A DNA stretch of 64,000 nucleotides from Paracoccaceae bacterium (GTDB taxonomy: Bacteria > Pseudomonadota > Alphaproteobacteria > JAPKNN01), in contig JAPKNN010000012.1 of assembly GCA_040266715.1 (NCBI GenBank), positions 18 to 64,017 of the forward strand, given 5' to 3'. The translations under genes and the position numbers were made by a program. The notes beneath the pieces are model-generated. The model saw only the letters and a list, made by a program, of their open reading frames with translations. It ran no database searches and was not told where the DNA came from. Positions 40,976-52,197 of this stretch are shown here, piece by piece; the first letter of the stretch is position 1, and each line of letters starts with the position of its first letter.

Positions 40976-42181
40976 TTACATATCTTCAGCTAGCCAGTTT
41001 TTTTTATCTTCGTTGCTCCATTCGTGCCATCTCTTACAATGCACTCCAACTTTGCCAGGAAGTCCTAAAGGCCGTGTTTTAAACTTAAAAATTTTCTTAC
41101 CTATATCAGCATATACATTATTAAAATTATCTATATTCTGAGTTATTGTATCAAAATCATCCTTTAACTTTGGATCACAAAATAATATAATACCCCGATT
41201 TTGCGTATCTATTCCCCATTCATCTGGAAATTGTGGCAAATTACTGATTTGTGTATCAGCCCATACCCAAGATAAAGCAAGTTGAAATTTTTCTAAACCA
41301 TACGTATTTTTAAAGTTAGTTTTTTTTACATAAGCTCCCGTAAAATTAGCTGAATTTATGTATACATCGTCAAAACTTGTGTTAAAAAGGTTTGCATCCG
41401 AAAAATCTGCTTCCCATAATTCTGAATGTTTGAATGTAGCGTCCATCAATAAAGATTTATGAAAACGAGCAGGATTACCTTTAGAAAAAACATCTATATT
41501 AGAGAATTCAACATTTATCAAATTTGCCCCTGTAAAATTCACATTTTCTAAATGATCTTTAATTTTTGAGTTTGTGTAGATAAAAATACTGTTTCTCAAA
41601 TTTGTATAGCTAAAATCAACTTCGTTAATAATAACATCACTAAAATTACCATTTTCCAAATTGGCATATTGAAAACGGCTGCCCGTTATATCGGTAACAT
41701 AATTTTTATTGTGGAGTTTATTTACATGTAAATTTAAACCATACAAATAAACAGCCCCTTGACATCTATTGTGGTTAAAATTTTTATCCTTATTAAAACC
41801 ATTGCTGGAAAGAGACAATAAAGTACCATGCTTTTGACACGATAAGTCTATACTTCGTAAAGAGATGCCTTTATTCGATAACAATTCAAGTGCTTCTCTT
41901 TTTCCACTGTTTCCTGGTGCCACAGTAGTAAGAATTTGCCATGCTCTTGCAATAGTTTCTTGCTCTCTTTCAATATTCGCTAATTGAAATTCTCTGTATT
42001 GATGATACAAGGTAAAAAGGCCTATACAGATGGCTCCTACTTCAAACCAGCGGATCAGTATAATTCCTTTTACATACCATAAAATAATAATAACGCTAAT
42101 AGTCAGTAATATACCTATGACTACTAGATTATTGTCTAAAAAGGTTTCTGTTTGAATGCTTTGAACTTGAATAATTTGCAT
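40976..42181 (-). CDS. Membrane-anchored pentapeptide-repeat protein
   Basis: Two N-terminal TM helices; central run of A(D/N)LxF-type pentapeptide repeats (ANLENGNFSDVIINEVDFSYTNLRNSIF...GANLINVEFSNIDVF...ADFSDANLFNTSFDDVYINSANFTGAY). Confidence 0.6.
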   Translation of the reverse strand: MQIIQVQSIQTETFLDNNLVVIGILLTISVIIILWYVKGIILIRWFEVGAICIGLFTLYHQYREFQLANIEREQETIARAWQILTTVAPGNSGKREALELLSNKGISLRSIDLSCQKHGTLLSLSSNGFNKDKNFNHNRCQGAVYLYGLNLHVNKLHNKNYVTDITGSRFQYANLENGNFSDVIINEVDFSYTNLRNSIFIYTNSKIKDHLENVNFTGANLINVEFSNIDVFSKGNPARFHKSLLMDATFKHSELWEADFSDANLFNTSFDDVYINSANFTGAYVKKTNFKNTYGLEKFQLALSWVWADTQISNLPQFPDEWGIDTQNRGIILFCDPKLKDDFDTITQNIDNFNNVYADIGKKIFKFKTRPLGLPGKVGVHCKRWHEWSNEDKKNWLAEDM

Positions 42182-42243
42182 TGATTAAACCCATATAAGT
42201 AAATTGCAAACACCCTATTATTGCAATATTGCGTCTTCGAATT

Positions 42244-43545
42244 TTATCTCATAGACTCCATAAAAGGGTCTTTCAAAATAATTGTATCTTCTCGTTGGGG
42301 AGAAGTTGACAAAAGACTAACAGGCGCCTCCACAATTTTTTCAATATAACGAACATACTCCTTTGCAGTTTGTGGCAATGTGTCCCATTGTGTCATTTTG
42401 TGTGTTTTTTCTTTCCAACCAGGTAACGTGTCATATATCGGCTCCAAACGATTTTGCGCCGATTGACTTGCAGGTAAATAATCTATTATTTGTCCATCAA
42501 GCCTATATGCCTTGCACACTTTAATTTCTTCCATTTCATCTAGAATATCTAATTTGGTTAAAGCAACCCCAGTTATCCCTGCTTTTTTAATTGCTTGCTT
42601 AACCATAACCGCATCAAACCAGCCACAACGACGTTTTCTACCTGTTACCGTACCAAATTCATGCCCCTTTTCACCCAAATATTTTCCTATTGAATTATCT
42701 TGCTCTGTAGGAAAAGGACCCGAACCAACACGTGTAGTATAGGCCTTTAAGATACCTAATACATAATCAATATGCTGCAAACCTATACCCGTACCAATGG
42801 ATGCCTGTGCTGCTACTGTATTTGAAGATGTGACAAAGGGATACGTACCATGATCTATATCAAGCATTACTCCTTGTGCTCCTTCAAACAAAAATATCTT
42901 TCCTTTTTTAAGTAACATTTCTAGCTTTTGCCAAAGTGGATCCATATAATGCAACATAAAATCAGCGATTTGACATAATTCTTCGTACACATTATCTCTA
43001 TCAACGATTGGCATGTTTAATCCTTTACGTAAGGCATTATGATGAACCAATAAACGATCAATTTTTGCTAATAAACCGTTTTTATTTTGAAGATCCATAA
43101 CACGCATAGCGCGTCTTCCAACCTTATCCTCATAGGCAGGCCCTATTCCACTGCCTGTCGTTCCTATCTTATTTTTACCTGCTATTTCTTCTCGATAAAT
43201 GTCTAACTCTCTATGCAATGGCAGAATAAGTGTTGTATTTTCAGCAATGAACAAATTATCTTTAGATATTTCTACGCCTTGTCCTTGTAGCCTTTCAATT
43301 TCTCCTTGTAAAACCCATGGATCAACCACAACACCGTTACCAATAACAGATATTTTTCCTTTACGTAGTATTCCTGATGGAACTAAATTTAATTTATAGA
43401 CGTTTTCATCAATAACAAGAGTGTGCCCCGCATTATGACCTCCTTGAAATCGTAAAATAACATCTGCTTTGTGTGATAGCCAATCTACGATTTTTCCTTT
43501 TCCCTCATCACCCCATTGCGTACCAACAACAACAACATTTCCCAT
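42244..43545 (-). CDS. purA: Adenylosuccinate synthetase
   Basis: 433 aa; [12 protein letters not shown]-loop and [14 protein letters not shown] motifs. Confidence 0.95.
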   Translation of the reverse strand: MGNVVVVGTQWGDEGKGKIVDWLSHKADVILRFQGGHNAGHTLVIDENVYKLNLVPSGILRKGKISVIGNGVVVDPWVLQGEIERLQGQGVEISKDNLFIAENTTLILPLHRELDIYREEIAGKNKIGTTGSGIGPAYEDKVGRRAMRVMDLQNKNGLLAKIDRLLVHHNALRKGLNMPIVDRDNVYEELCQIADFMLHYMDPLWQKLEMLLKKGKIFLFEGAQGVMLDIDHGTYPFVTSSNTVAAQASIGTGIGLQHIDYVLGILKAYTTRVGSGPFPTEQDNSIGKYLGEKGHEFGTVTGRKRRCGWFDAVMVKQAIKKAGITGVALTKLDILDEMEEIKVCKAYRLDGQIIDYLPASQSAQNRLEPIYDTLPGWKEKTHKMTQWDTLPQTAKEYVRYIEKIVEAPVSLLSTSPQREDTIILKDPFMESMR

Positions 43546-43677
43546 AAATTCCTCTTACTTTACTTTCGTAGCCTGTTATGTAAAAATTTTTCTATTAAAA
43601 TTGTTTCACAAAGCATACATAACATGTTTGAGCAAAGATATAAAAGAAGAAAAAGTAATTCATTGTATTTTTTATTC

Positions 43678-45309
43678 TTAGGACACATAATGTAAGAAAT
43701 TTAGCGCCTCAACCCGTTTTACATGTTCCAAATCTTCAATATCTTTCATTTGGTCTTTGGTAATTTCTGAATCAATGTTTATAAGGGCTATTGCGTTTCC
43801 ACCTGGCATATCTCGTCCAAGATTAAAGGTAGCAATATTGATATTCTTTTTAGCTAGTAATGTACCTAAACCACCTATAAATCCGACTTTATCAACATTA
43901 TTGATATATAACATATATTTAGAAAAAACTGCATCCATATTTACACCATTAATATGAATAATACGAGGCCGTTTATCTGAAAATACTGTACCTGCAATTT
44001 TATGTGTGCTATTTTCAGTTTCAATTGTCAGCTCTATATATTTATCATATATGCCTGCCTTATCACTTAGAATTTCCTCAATATAAATACCTCTTTTTCG
44101 GGCGACATGCGGAGCACTAACAACATTAATATCTGGCAAAGTAAAACGTAGTAGACCAGCAATTAGAGAAGAGGTTAGAGGTTTTATGTTATATTCTGTC
44201 AATTCACCTTGATATTCTATGCTAATTTTTTTTACGGGTGATTGTATTATCTGCCCACAAAACTCTCCAAGCATCATTGATAAATTAATGAAAGGTTTTA
44301 ATATGGGCGCTTCCTGTGCTGTAATTGATGGGCTATTGAGTGCATTTTCAACGGCTCCTGAAGTCAGATATGCAATAATTTGACGCGCTATTTGGTGAGC
44401 AACTTTTTCTTGAGCTTCCGTTGTAGAAGCGGCCAGATGAGGTGTACAAACACAATCATCTCTTTTAAAAAAAGCACTATCTGTAACGGGTTCTTGTTGA
44501 TAAACATCTAATGCTGCTCCAGCAAGATGTTGGTTTTCTAGCAATTCTAGTAAGGCCGCCTCATCTATAAGTCCTCCACGAGCACAATTAATAATAAAGG
44601 CACCTTTTTTACACAAAGCCAAACTCTCTTTATTAAGAATATTGCGCGTTTTTTCGGTAAGAGGTGTATGTAAACTAATGATATCAGATTGTGTCAATAA
44701 ATCGTGTAAAGAGCATTTTTCAACTCCTAATTTTTTTGCCTTTTCATCCAAAAGAAAGGGGTCATAAGCCATAACTTTCATTTCTAATGCTATCGCTTTT
44801 TTGGCCACCAAGCTGCCAATATTACCACATCCAATAATACCTAATTTTTTTCCTTCAAGCTCTATACCTACAAATTTATTTTTTTCCCATTTCTGACTTT
44901 GTAAAGATTTATGTGCGTGTGAAATTTTTCTAACTAATGCCATAATCATAGCTATCGTATGTTCTGCTGTTGTTACTGCATTACCATAAGGCGTATTCAT
45001 AACAATTATACCCGCTTCTGTAGCTGCCAACATATCAATATTATCGACTCCTATTCCAGCGCGGCCAACCACTTTTAAATTTTTAGCCTTTGCTATTACT
45101 TTAGGTGTAATCTTCGTTGCAGAACGCACTATAACAGCGTTATAATCTCCTATAATCTGAGATAACTCATCTTTAGTTAGTCCAGTTTTTTCTTCTACAA
45201 CCAAACCACTGTCATGAAAAATTTTTATAACTGTTTCAGGTAGTTTATCCGCAATAAGTATTTTCTTCATATATAACCTTTCATTGTTATGGAATCTAGG
45301 ATTGAGCAA
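43678..45309 (-). CDS. serA: D-3-phosphoglycerate dehydrogenase (start probably at the Met 13 codons downstream, MKKILIADKL)
   Basis: NAD-binding GIIGCGNIGS; C-terminal ASB/ACT domains; serC immediately adjacent. Confidence 0.9.
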   Translation of the reverse strand: MLNPRFHNNERLYMKKILIADKLPETVIKIFHDSGLVVEEKTGLTKDELSQIIGDYNAVIVRSATKITPKVIAKAKNLKVVGRAGIGVDNIDMLAATEAGIIVMNTPYGNAVTTAEHTIAMIMALVRKISHAHKSLQSQKWEKNKFVGIELEGKKLGIIGCGNIGSLVAKKAIALEMKVMAYDPFLLDEKAKKLGVEKCSLHDLLTQSDIISLHTPLTEKTRNILNKESLALCKKGAFIINCARGGLIDEAALLELLENQHLAGAALDVYQQEPVTDSAFFKRDDCVCTPHLAASTTEAQEKVAHQIARQIIAYLTSGAVENALNSPSITAQEAPILKPFINLSMMLGEFCGQIIQSPVKKISIEYQGELTEYNIKPLTSSLIAGLLRFTLPDINVVSAPHVARKRGIYIEEILSDKAGIYDKYIELTIETENSTHKIAGTVFSDKRPRIIHINGVNMDAVFSKYMLYINNVDKVGFIGGLGTLLAKKNINIATFNLGRDMPGGNAIALINIDSEITKDQMKDIEDLEHVKRVEALNFLHYVS

Positions 45310-45351
45310 AAATCAATATCTATTATGCTATAATATTATTTATGTATGTTT

Positions 45352-46512
45352 TTACTCGGATATTAATTCATACCATGCCCATTCTAGCCATGGTATTAAT
45401 GCCACTAAATCATCTTCTTCTATTGTTGGACCTGTCCAAATTCTTAATCCAGGCGGCGCCGTTCTATATGCTCCTATATCATAGGCAACATGGAGTTCTT
45501 CCAATAGGTTTGTGAATTTTTTACAAAAATCTCTTTGTTCTTGTGTACTCAAAGCCAAAAATTCTGGAGCACAAAATTGCAAACAATTTGACGTATTTGA
45601 GCATGTTTTTTTATCTTTTGGCAAATAACTCATAAATTTGCAGGTATCTAGCCATTTTTCTATTATAGCGGCGTTTCTATCACTGCGTCTATGCAAGGCT
45701 TCCAGCCCGCCTATACTTTCGGCCCAATTTAATGCCAAATGGTAATCCTGTAATAACAAAAGCGACGGAGTATTAAGCGTGTCTCCTTCAAAAATAGCTG
45801 TATTAATTTTGTTAGCTTTTTTTATCTGAAATATTTTTGGTATTGGCCATGTTGGAGTATAGGTTTCTAAACGCTCTAAGGCTCTAGGACTAAAAATTAT
45901 CATACCATGTTGCCCTTCACCGCCTAGGCATTTTTGCCATGAAAACGTTATCACATCTAATTTGGTATAGTCTAAAGTTTGCGCAAAGATAGCGGATGTT
46001 GCATCACATATCGTTAACCCTTTACGATCACTAGGTATACAAGCTGCATCAGGAATTCTTACTCCCGAAGTTGTTCCATTCCAACAGAAAACAACATCCT
46101 TATCAAAATCGATCTTATTAAAATCTGGTAATTCACCATATTCAACGATTGTTGAACATACATTTTGTAAACGCAATTCTTGTGTAATATCAGTATACCA
46201 ATTATGGCTAAATGCTTCCCATGCTAAAACCTCTACCCCCCTTTGGCCTAGCAAGTTCCACAAACATATTTCCACTGCACCTGTGTCTGAAGCAGGTGTA
46301 ATCATCATTTCATATCCTGGCGGTAATCTAAGTAAATTTTTCGTGCGCGTAATGGCAGATTTCAATACCTGTTTTTGCTCTCGAGCTCTGTGGGAGCGTC
46401 CCAAAGTTGTATTGACAAAATGTTCACAAGAGAAAGTGGGGTATTTTTTACAAGGTCCCGATGAAAAACGTGGATCCTTCGGCTTAACAGCCGGCTTTTT
46501 TATTCTATTCAT
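45352..46512 (-). CDS. serC: Phosphoserine aminotransferase
   Basis: 386 aa; class V aminotransferase blocks; PLP-lysine region FSWQKCLGGEGQHG. Confidence 0.88.
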   Translation of the reverse strand: MNRIKKPAVKPKDPRFSSGPCKKYPTFSCEHFVNTTLGRSHRAREQKQVLKSAITRTKNLLRLPPGYEMMITPASDTGAVEICLWNLLGQRGVEVLAWEAFSHNWYTDITQELRLQNVCSTIVEYGELPDFNKIDFDKDVVFCWNGTTSGVRIPDAACIPSDRKGLTICDATSAIFAQTLDYTKLDVITFSWQKCLGGEGQHGMIIFSPRALERLETYTPTWPIPKIFQIKKANKINTAIFEGDTLNTPSLLLLQDYHLALNWAESIGGLEALHRRSDRNAAIIEKWLDTCKFMSYLPKDKKTCSNTSNCLQFCAPEFLALSTQEQRDFCKKFTNLLEELHVAYDIGAYRTAPPGLRIWTGPTIEEDDLVALIPWLEWAWYELISE

Positions 46513-46741
46513 TTGATATCCTCACAGATATTTGCTTCTCGTTAGGGAGAAGTGTCCTATCCGCAACATAGTACACGCATATTCCTATGTCAATAACAAT
46601 ATTGTGCTATCTCCACTCTTTACTGTATTTATTTCTGCTAAAGTATATTATATACATGTTAAATTATATATTTTCTGCTATTTTAATGGCATTATTATGC
46701 TCTCCTGTGCTATATAAAAAGGAAATTTTTATTCATTATAC

Positions 46742-47488
46742 ATGTTACAAGGACATATTGTTATGAAAAGACACTCTGGACGAGATATTGATTGCCTACG
46801 TCCTATTGAAATAATTTGTGGTTACTCAAAATATGCAGAAGGTTCCTGCTTATATAAATCTGGTGATACGCATGTATTATGTAATGCTACCTTAGAAGAA
46901 AAAATTCCTGTATGGTTACGGGGACAGCATAAAGGTTGGGTAACTGCTGAATATAGTATGCTACCGCGTTCAACACAAGAACGTACACGACGCGAGATAA
47001 GTACAGGTAGACCAGCTGGAAGAACACAGGAAATTCAAAGACTTATTTCCCGAAGCTTAAGAGGCATTATTAATCTAAGCGACATTGCAGGATATCAAAT
47101 TATAGTTGATTGTGATGTTATTCAAGCTGATGGTGGAACTCGAACAGCTGCCATAAACGGTAGTTGGGTCTCCTTATATTTATGCCTAAATTGGATGAAG
47201 AATAAAGGTATTATTCGCAATATCCCAATAAACGAACAGGTTGCGGCTGTATCGTGCGGAGTATTTGAACAGAATATTTTACTGGATTTAGATTATATTG
47301 AGGATTCACGTGCCGATTGTGATGTAAATGTCGTAATGACCAGTCAGGAAAAATTTATTGAAATTCAAGGAACAGCTGAAAATAGTGCCTTTGATAAAAA
47401 TACTTTAGATAACATTATCAATATTGCACAGAAGGGCATTCGAGAAATCATTGATGCACAAAAAAAAGCCGTTCAAGATATCAGGTAA
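46742..47488 (+). CDS. rph: Ribonuclease PH (start likely at the MKRHSGR Met a few codons in)
   Basis: HKGWVTAEYSMLPRST, ADGGTRTA and DLDYIEDSRADCDVNVV blocks of RNase PH. Confidence 0.9.
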   Translation: MLQGHIVMKRHSGRDIDCLRPIEIICGYSKYAEGSCLYKSGDTHVLCNATLEEKIPVWLRGQHKGWVTAEYSMLPRSTQERTRREISTGRPAGRTQEIQRLISRSLRGIINLSDIAGYQIIVDCDVIQADGGTRTAAINGSWVSLYLCLNWMKNKGIIRNIPINEQVAAVSCGVFEQNILLDLDYIEDSRADCDVNVVMTSQEKFIEIQGTAENSAFDKNTLDNIINIAQKGIREIIDAQKKAVQDIR

Positions 47489-47500
47489 TAATTAATATCT

Positions 47501-48139
47501 ATGCCCCCATTTTTACCAGAAAATACTCTGTGTATTGCAACAAGCAATAAGGGCAAGTTACGCGAAATAAAAAACTTATTTGCATATTATTCATTCAATA
47601 TTCATATTATTTCCACTGATGAGTTTGATTATGTTGCACCTGAGGAAAACGGAAGAGATTTTGCTGAAAATTCATGTATAAAGGCCCGTTATGCAAGTCA
47701 ACTTACGCAATTAGCTTGCGTTGCAGATGACTCTGGCTTGTGTATAGATGCACTAGACGGTCAACCCGGCATTCACTCCGCTCGCTGGGCGCTAAATGAA
47801 GGTAATTTCGATAATGCGATGAAAAAAATTTTTCGACTCCTAGAAGAAAAAAACGCTCTTACGCAAGCACAAAGAAAAGCTTTTTTTGTTTGCAATCTTG
47901 CTCTAGCTATACCTAATCAAGATATAGAAAATTTTGAAGGTCTATGCGAAGGTTACATTTCTTCAAAAATGTCGGGAGATAATGGATTTGGTTATGATCC
48001 CATTTTTGTTCCTCATTCTTATAACAATAATAACCAACGTAGCTTTGCCGATATGCAAAATGCTGAAAAAAGAGTTTTATCTCACCGCCACAAGGCCTTT
48101 GAAAAATTATGTCAATTTTTGAGACACCATAATGTATAA
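47501..48139 (+). CDS. rdgB: dITP/XTP pyrophosphatase (Ham1/RdgB)
   Basis: 212 aa; GFGYDPIF and SHRHKAF motifs; the rph-rdgB-hemW order is conserved. Confidence 0.85.
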   Translation: MPPFLPENTLCIATSNKGKLREIKNLFAYYSFNIHIISTDEFDYVAPEENGRDFAENSCIKARYASQLTQLACVADDSGLCIDALDGQPGIHSARWALNEGNFDNAMKKIFRLLEEKNALTQAQRKAFFVCNLALAIPNQDIENFEGLCEGYISSKMSGDNGFGYDPIFVPHSYNNNNQRSFADMQNAEKRVLSHRHKAFEKLCQFLRHHNV

Positions 48140-48168
48140 AATATTATTCTTATAAGCTCACACGAATA

Positions 48169-49383
48169 ATGACACGTTTATCATCTCTTACGCAATTTAT
48201 TGCACAAAAACGTCATAATACGGGTTTGTATATTCATTGGCCATTTTGTGAATCTAAATGTCCCTATTGTGATTTTAATTCTCATGTTCGGCACGTAAAA
48301 CATGGAAGTGTTGATGATCACATTGATGCAATTATCATGTCATTGGATTATGTAAAACATAATATCTCTCCAGACGCTTGTATTAATACTATCTTTTTTG
48401 GTGGGGGCACACCTTCTCTTATTCCTGCACGCAGTATTGAAAAAATACTTACTCGTATTTATCAACTTTGGCCTGTAAATAGCCTTGCAGAAATTACTTT
48501 GGAAGCCAATCCTAGCTCAAGTGAACGCGAACGATTTAAAGATTATCGTACGCTTGGTATTAATCGTTTGTCAATAGGCGTACAAGCCTTGAATGATAAA
48601 GATTTACGTGCTTTAGGAAGATGGCATGATGTACATGCTGCTTATAAAGCGATCGATTTAGCTCACTCAGTCTTTGATGAATTTTCTTTTGACCTCATTC
48701 ACACACGTATAGGACAAACTTTGAAGGAATGGGAAAAAGAGTTACACAAAGCTATACAATTAGCCCGCAACCATATTTCTTTATATGAATTAACAATTGA
48801 ACCCAATACAGTGTTTAGTGATTGGTATAAAAAAGGAAAATTACATGCCGTTGATGAGGAGGTTGCATCACAATTTTTTACTCTTACGCGTGATATATGT
48901 AAAGAACATGGTTTTACAGCTTATGAAATTTCTAATTTTTGCCGAAACAATAAAAAATCACGACATAATATGAATTATTGGCAAAGTGGTGATTATATAG
49001 GTATAGGTGCAGGCGCACATAGTCGTATATGGTATGATACCCCCCACAGTGAAGGTTCTTTAACACGGCGTCAAATGGAAAATGAGAAAAATCCAAGGCA
49101 TTATTTACATAACATACAAACTAAGAGCAATGCTTTTGTTGTCAACACTTATCTTGATGCCGATGCTATTTCTCAAGAATTTTTACTTATGGGTTTGCGT
49201 TTAAAACAAGGTATTTCTCTCAAGGATTATGCAATTATCACTGGTAAAAAACTTGATTTAGGCCATTTAAAATGGCTTTCTGATAATATGCTTATACAAA
49301 TTTGCGATGATATACTTAGTCTAACAGATGATGGGATGCTTCTTACTAACTATGTTATTAATTCTATTGCTAATAAAAATTAA
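48169..49383 (+). CDS. hemW: Radical SAM heme chaperone HemW (coproporphyrinogen III oxidase-like)
   Basis: CESKCPYCDFNS radical-SAM CxxxCxxC cluster; HemN-like C-terminal domain. Confidence 0.85.
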   Translation: MTRLSSLTQFIAQKRHNTGLYIHWPFCESKCPYCDFNSHVRHVKHGSVDDHIDAIIMSLDYVKHNISPDACINTIFFGGGTPSLIPARSIEKILTRIYQLWPVNSLAEITLEANPSSSERERFKDYRTLGINRLSIGVQALNDKDLRALGRWHDVHAAYKAIDLAHSVFDEFSFDLIHTRIGQTLKEWEKELHKAIQLARNHISLYELTIEPNTVFSDWYKKGKLHAVDEEVASQFFTLTRDICKEHGFTAYEISNFCRNNKKSRHNMNYWQSGDYIGIGAGAHSRIWYDTPHSEGSLTRRQMENEKNPRHYLHNIQTKSNAFVVNTYLDADAISQEFLLMGLRLKQGISLKDYAIITGKKLDLGHLKWLSDNMLIQICDDILSLTDDGMLLTNYVINSIANKN

Positions 49384-49410
49384 TATTTTTTAACATCTTA
49401 ATTAATATTT

Positions 49411-50613
49411 CTAGAATTTTGCAGAAATATATTCTTTATCTTTTTTTAGAATAAGACGCGATTTAATCTGACTATAAAAATCTTTTATAGAACTCTTTTC
49501 TGTGCTTGCTTCCTCGTAAAGCACTTCTATAGATTTTGTCAATAAAGGAGATAGCTGCAATTTTGTTGTACGCACGATTTCATAAATACTACTAATCATA
49601 TCTAGGCAAAAGGATTCTTTTGATGCGTGATATGTAATTTCTTCATTGATTTTTTTGTTTATTTTCACCAACATATAAATATCAGGCATTAATTGTTTTT
49701 CTAAACCACCATATTCTGCCAATACTTCATATCCCAACTCACCACCATCATAAAATAATGTACTAATACGCCTATAAGTGTAGCCGCTTAATATTGAAAA
49801 TAGATTAATTACAAAGGGCATGTCATTCATAATAATAGCACGATGTATCAATGTCGGCGTTATGTAGTCGCTTTCCTTTATCTTGATAATAAAATTTTTA
49901 AAATTCTTCACATTTAATTTTCTTCCTATCTCCAAAATAATTCTATCATAAGCAAAGCCAAACATTGCATGTGCATCTTCTGCTGGCATGAGATTCGTCA
50001 TACTGATATATTGCTCTAAATTTTGTAAAGATTGGAAAATTTCATCTCCTAGTAAATTAAAAGGAAGATCCTGCCGTGACAACAAAATCTCTCGCATCTC
50101 TTCGGTATTTTGATATTTATCATAAGCAAAGGATAATATATCTTCGTCTAGTGTAATATCTTTTCTACGTAGTAATTTTAGATGCGATATACGGCATCCC
50201 TTTTCTAATATATGGCGTGCAAGAAGAGGTGATATATATTCTCTTTCCGATATGGGTATGGCGTATGTTTGACCATATTTTTTTAAGATGGATAAAAGAA
50301 ATTTATCATCCAAATCAGGTATATGGCGCAGTAAAATAATTGATAACGGGATTTCCTTATTAATTGATTGGCTTAGAATATCTGCTCCTACATAGCCTAT
50401 AAGCACAAGCCTTTCTAGATATTCTAGTAAGATATTACTACGTTTTACATGAATAAGCTTGCGTATGATGTTTTCTGTTTTTTTAAAGAATACAGTGTTA
50501 AAGGACTCTTCAGACAAACCATTTACTAACTTATCCAACAGTTTTTTTTGCAAAAAAACCTGCTCGCTTGTAAGTAACCAATAGATTTCTTCTTCTTGAA
50601 GAGGGAATTTCAT
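49411..50613 (-). CDS. Conserved hypothetical protein (possibly DUF2336-type)
   Basis: 400 aa, soluble, helical-looking; no motif recognised with confidence. Confidence 0.4.
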   Translation of the reverse strand: MKFPLQEEEIYWLLTSEQVFLQKKLLDKLVNGLSEESFNTVFFKKTENIIRKLIHVKRSNILLEYLERLVLIGYVGADILSQSINKEIPLSIILLRHIPDLDDKFLLSILKKYGQTYAIPISEREYISPLLARHILEKGCRISHLKLLRRKDITLDEDILSFAYDKYQNTEEMREILLSRQDLPFNLLGDEIFQSLQNLEQYISMTNLMPAEDAHAMFGFAYDRIILEIGRKLNVKNFKNFIIKIKESDYITPTLIHRAIIMNDMPFVINLFSILSGYTYRRISTLFYDGGELGYEVLAEYGGLEKQLMPDIYMLVKINKKINEEITYHASKESFCLDMISSIYEIVRTTKLQLSPLLTKSIEVLYEEASTEKSSIKDFYSQIKSRLILKKDKEYISAKF

Positions 50614-50725
50614 TTATTTACCTTTTATTTTTTAACAAATTGTATTCAAATACAAGAATAATCATATTCTGTTTTTTTGCAACAGTATCAATTTTACTTA
50701 ATATATTATTAAACTAAAAAATTAA

Positions 50726-50751
50726 TATTGTGTTGATACACTTGCCAACAC
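50726..50751 (-). terminator. Putative rho-independent terminator downstream of the MFS gene (stem TTGTGTTG/CAACACAA with a 10-nt loop, then a T-run on the minus strand)
   Basis: Inverted repeat read directly; followed on the minus strand by aattttttag. Confidence 0.45.
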
Positions 50752-50754
50752 AAT

Positions 50755-51996
50755 TTATGCGTTATCTTTGTTTGCCTCTTCAGCAATAGCGACATTAGCA
50801 ATTGTACTTGAACGCGGTGTTATATTCATAAAATCTCCTTTATTTTCATCTGGTACATCTCTTGAGCGAATACGCAAATAAATGAATACAACTAAAAATA
50901 AAGCTACGATAATAAAATATACATAATAAGATTTAGCGCCAAAAATATCCATTATTAAGCCTACTATTGTGGGAGCCAGAGCAGATCCTACCCCATATAA
51001 TAAAACGATAGTTGCATTTGCACCCACGGTTTCATCTTTCGTCACAAGATCATTTGCATGCGAAGCGCCTAAAGAATATATAGGATAACAAAAGCCCATC
51101 GCTAATGTAAAAAAAACATACAAATAGGATGTATGTCCGTACATCATAGAAAGTAATGAAAATAGTATTATACCTATCGTTATTATTATCAATATATAAC
51201 GTCTATCAAACTTATCAGAAAAATAGCCTATAGGAACAGATGCGATAATTGGAAACAGTGTTGGAAGCACTACTAATGGGACAATATCACTGTTACTTAA
51301 ACCAATTAACTTACCATAAACTGCTCCCATAGATGTAGAACCGCTAATCAAAACGCCTGAAAAAAAAGAAACAACAACAGCAACTGGTGATAATTTATAT
51401 AAATGAATCACGCTAAAAGGTTTGAAATCAATTATTTCTGGTACGGATATCTTCGTTAAAACTAAAGGAATAATTGCAAGTGACAGCGATATTGAACTTA
51501 ATATAAAAAGTTCATTTCCATTTGGATCAAAAAAAAGCAAGCAAAATTGTCCTAAACCCAAAAACAAAAACGTTATCGTCATATACACACCGAATAATTT
51601 TCCTCTTATATCATTGGTTGATACGTTATTTATCCAACTTTCTAGAACAATGTATATTATACCATAACAAAAACCTGTTATTCCTCTAATTAGAGCCCAT
51701 ATATAAGGATCAATAAGGATTGAATGCAACAGAACACCGCCAGATGCTAAAGAAACCGAAGCAGCAAAAACGCGTATATGACCAACTCTACGAATAACTG
51801 TTGGAGCAAAAAATGAACTTATTAAAAAACAAGCAGAATAGCTTCCCATTATATAACCAGCGATAGTTGAAGAACCAAATTCATCAACAGAGCGAATTCC
51901 TAATAAAGTAACTTGAAGTCCTGAACCCAGCATGACAAGAGCCGTTCCTAGATATAACGTCCACAATATCCTTAATGCTTGTAAAGTTTTAAGCAT
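50755..51996 (-). CDS. MFS transporter
   Basis: 413 aa; 12 predicted TM helices; MFS-like loop (GYFSDKFDRR). Confidence 0.75.
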   Translation of the reverse strand: MLKTLQALRILWTLYLGTALVMLGSGLQVTLLGIRSVDEFGSSTIAGYIMGSYSACFLISSFFAPTVIRRVGHIRVFAASVSLASGGVLLHSILIDPYIWALIRGITGFCYGIIYIVLESWINNVSTNDIRGKLFGVYMTITFLFLGLGQFCLLFFDPNGNELFILSSISLSLAIIPLVLTKISVPEIIDFKPFSVIHLYKLSPVAVVVSFFSGVLISGSTSMGAVYGKLIGLSNSDIVPLVVLPTLFPIIASVPIGYFSDKFDRRYILIIITIGIILFSLLSMMYGHTSYLYVFFTLAMGFCYPIYSLGASHANDLVTKDETVGANATIVLLYGVGSALAPTIVGLIMDIFGAKSYYVYFIIVALFLVVFIYLRIRSRDVPDENKGDFMNITPRSSTIANVAIAEEANKDNA

Positions 51997-52134
51997 AGTT
52001 TGATCTCTATTCAGTATTATCGTTTTCTTTGTGTTTTTTACACGTTCTACTTCATTTTATGTATCAACATTTTTACGACATGTCGCACATAAAAACGTCA
52101 ATTATTATTTTTATTTTTCTAAATTTTATCTACT

Positions 52135-52170
52135 AAAAAAGCTTCCTCAAAATATTGAGGAAGCTTTTTA
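52135..52170. terminator. Bidirectional rho-independent terminator (A6-GCTTCCTCA-loop-TGAGGAAGC-T5)
   Basis: Perfect 9-bp stem flanked by an A-run and a T-run, read directly. Confidence 0.6.
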
Positions 52171-52197
52171 TATAGTTTCACTATTTTTATCGTTTCA

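Noticed and set aside
50753-50760. Apparent 2-nt disagreement between my reading of the MFS stop codon and the ORF-track end (50755)
   Set aside because: Most likely my own counting slip in a homopolymer-rich region rather than a real frameshift. The track protein is full-length, with 12 TM helices and no interruption.
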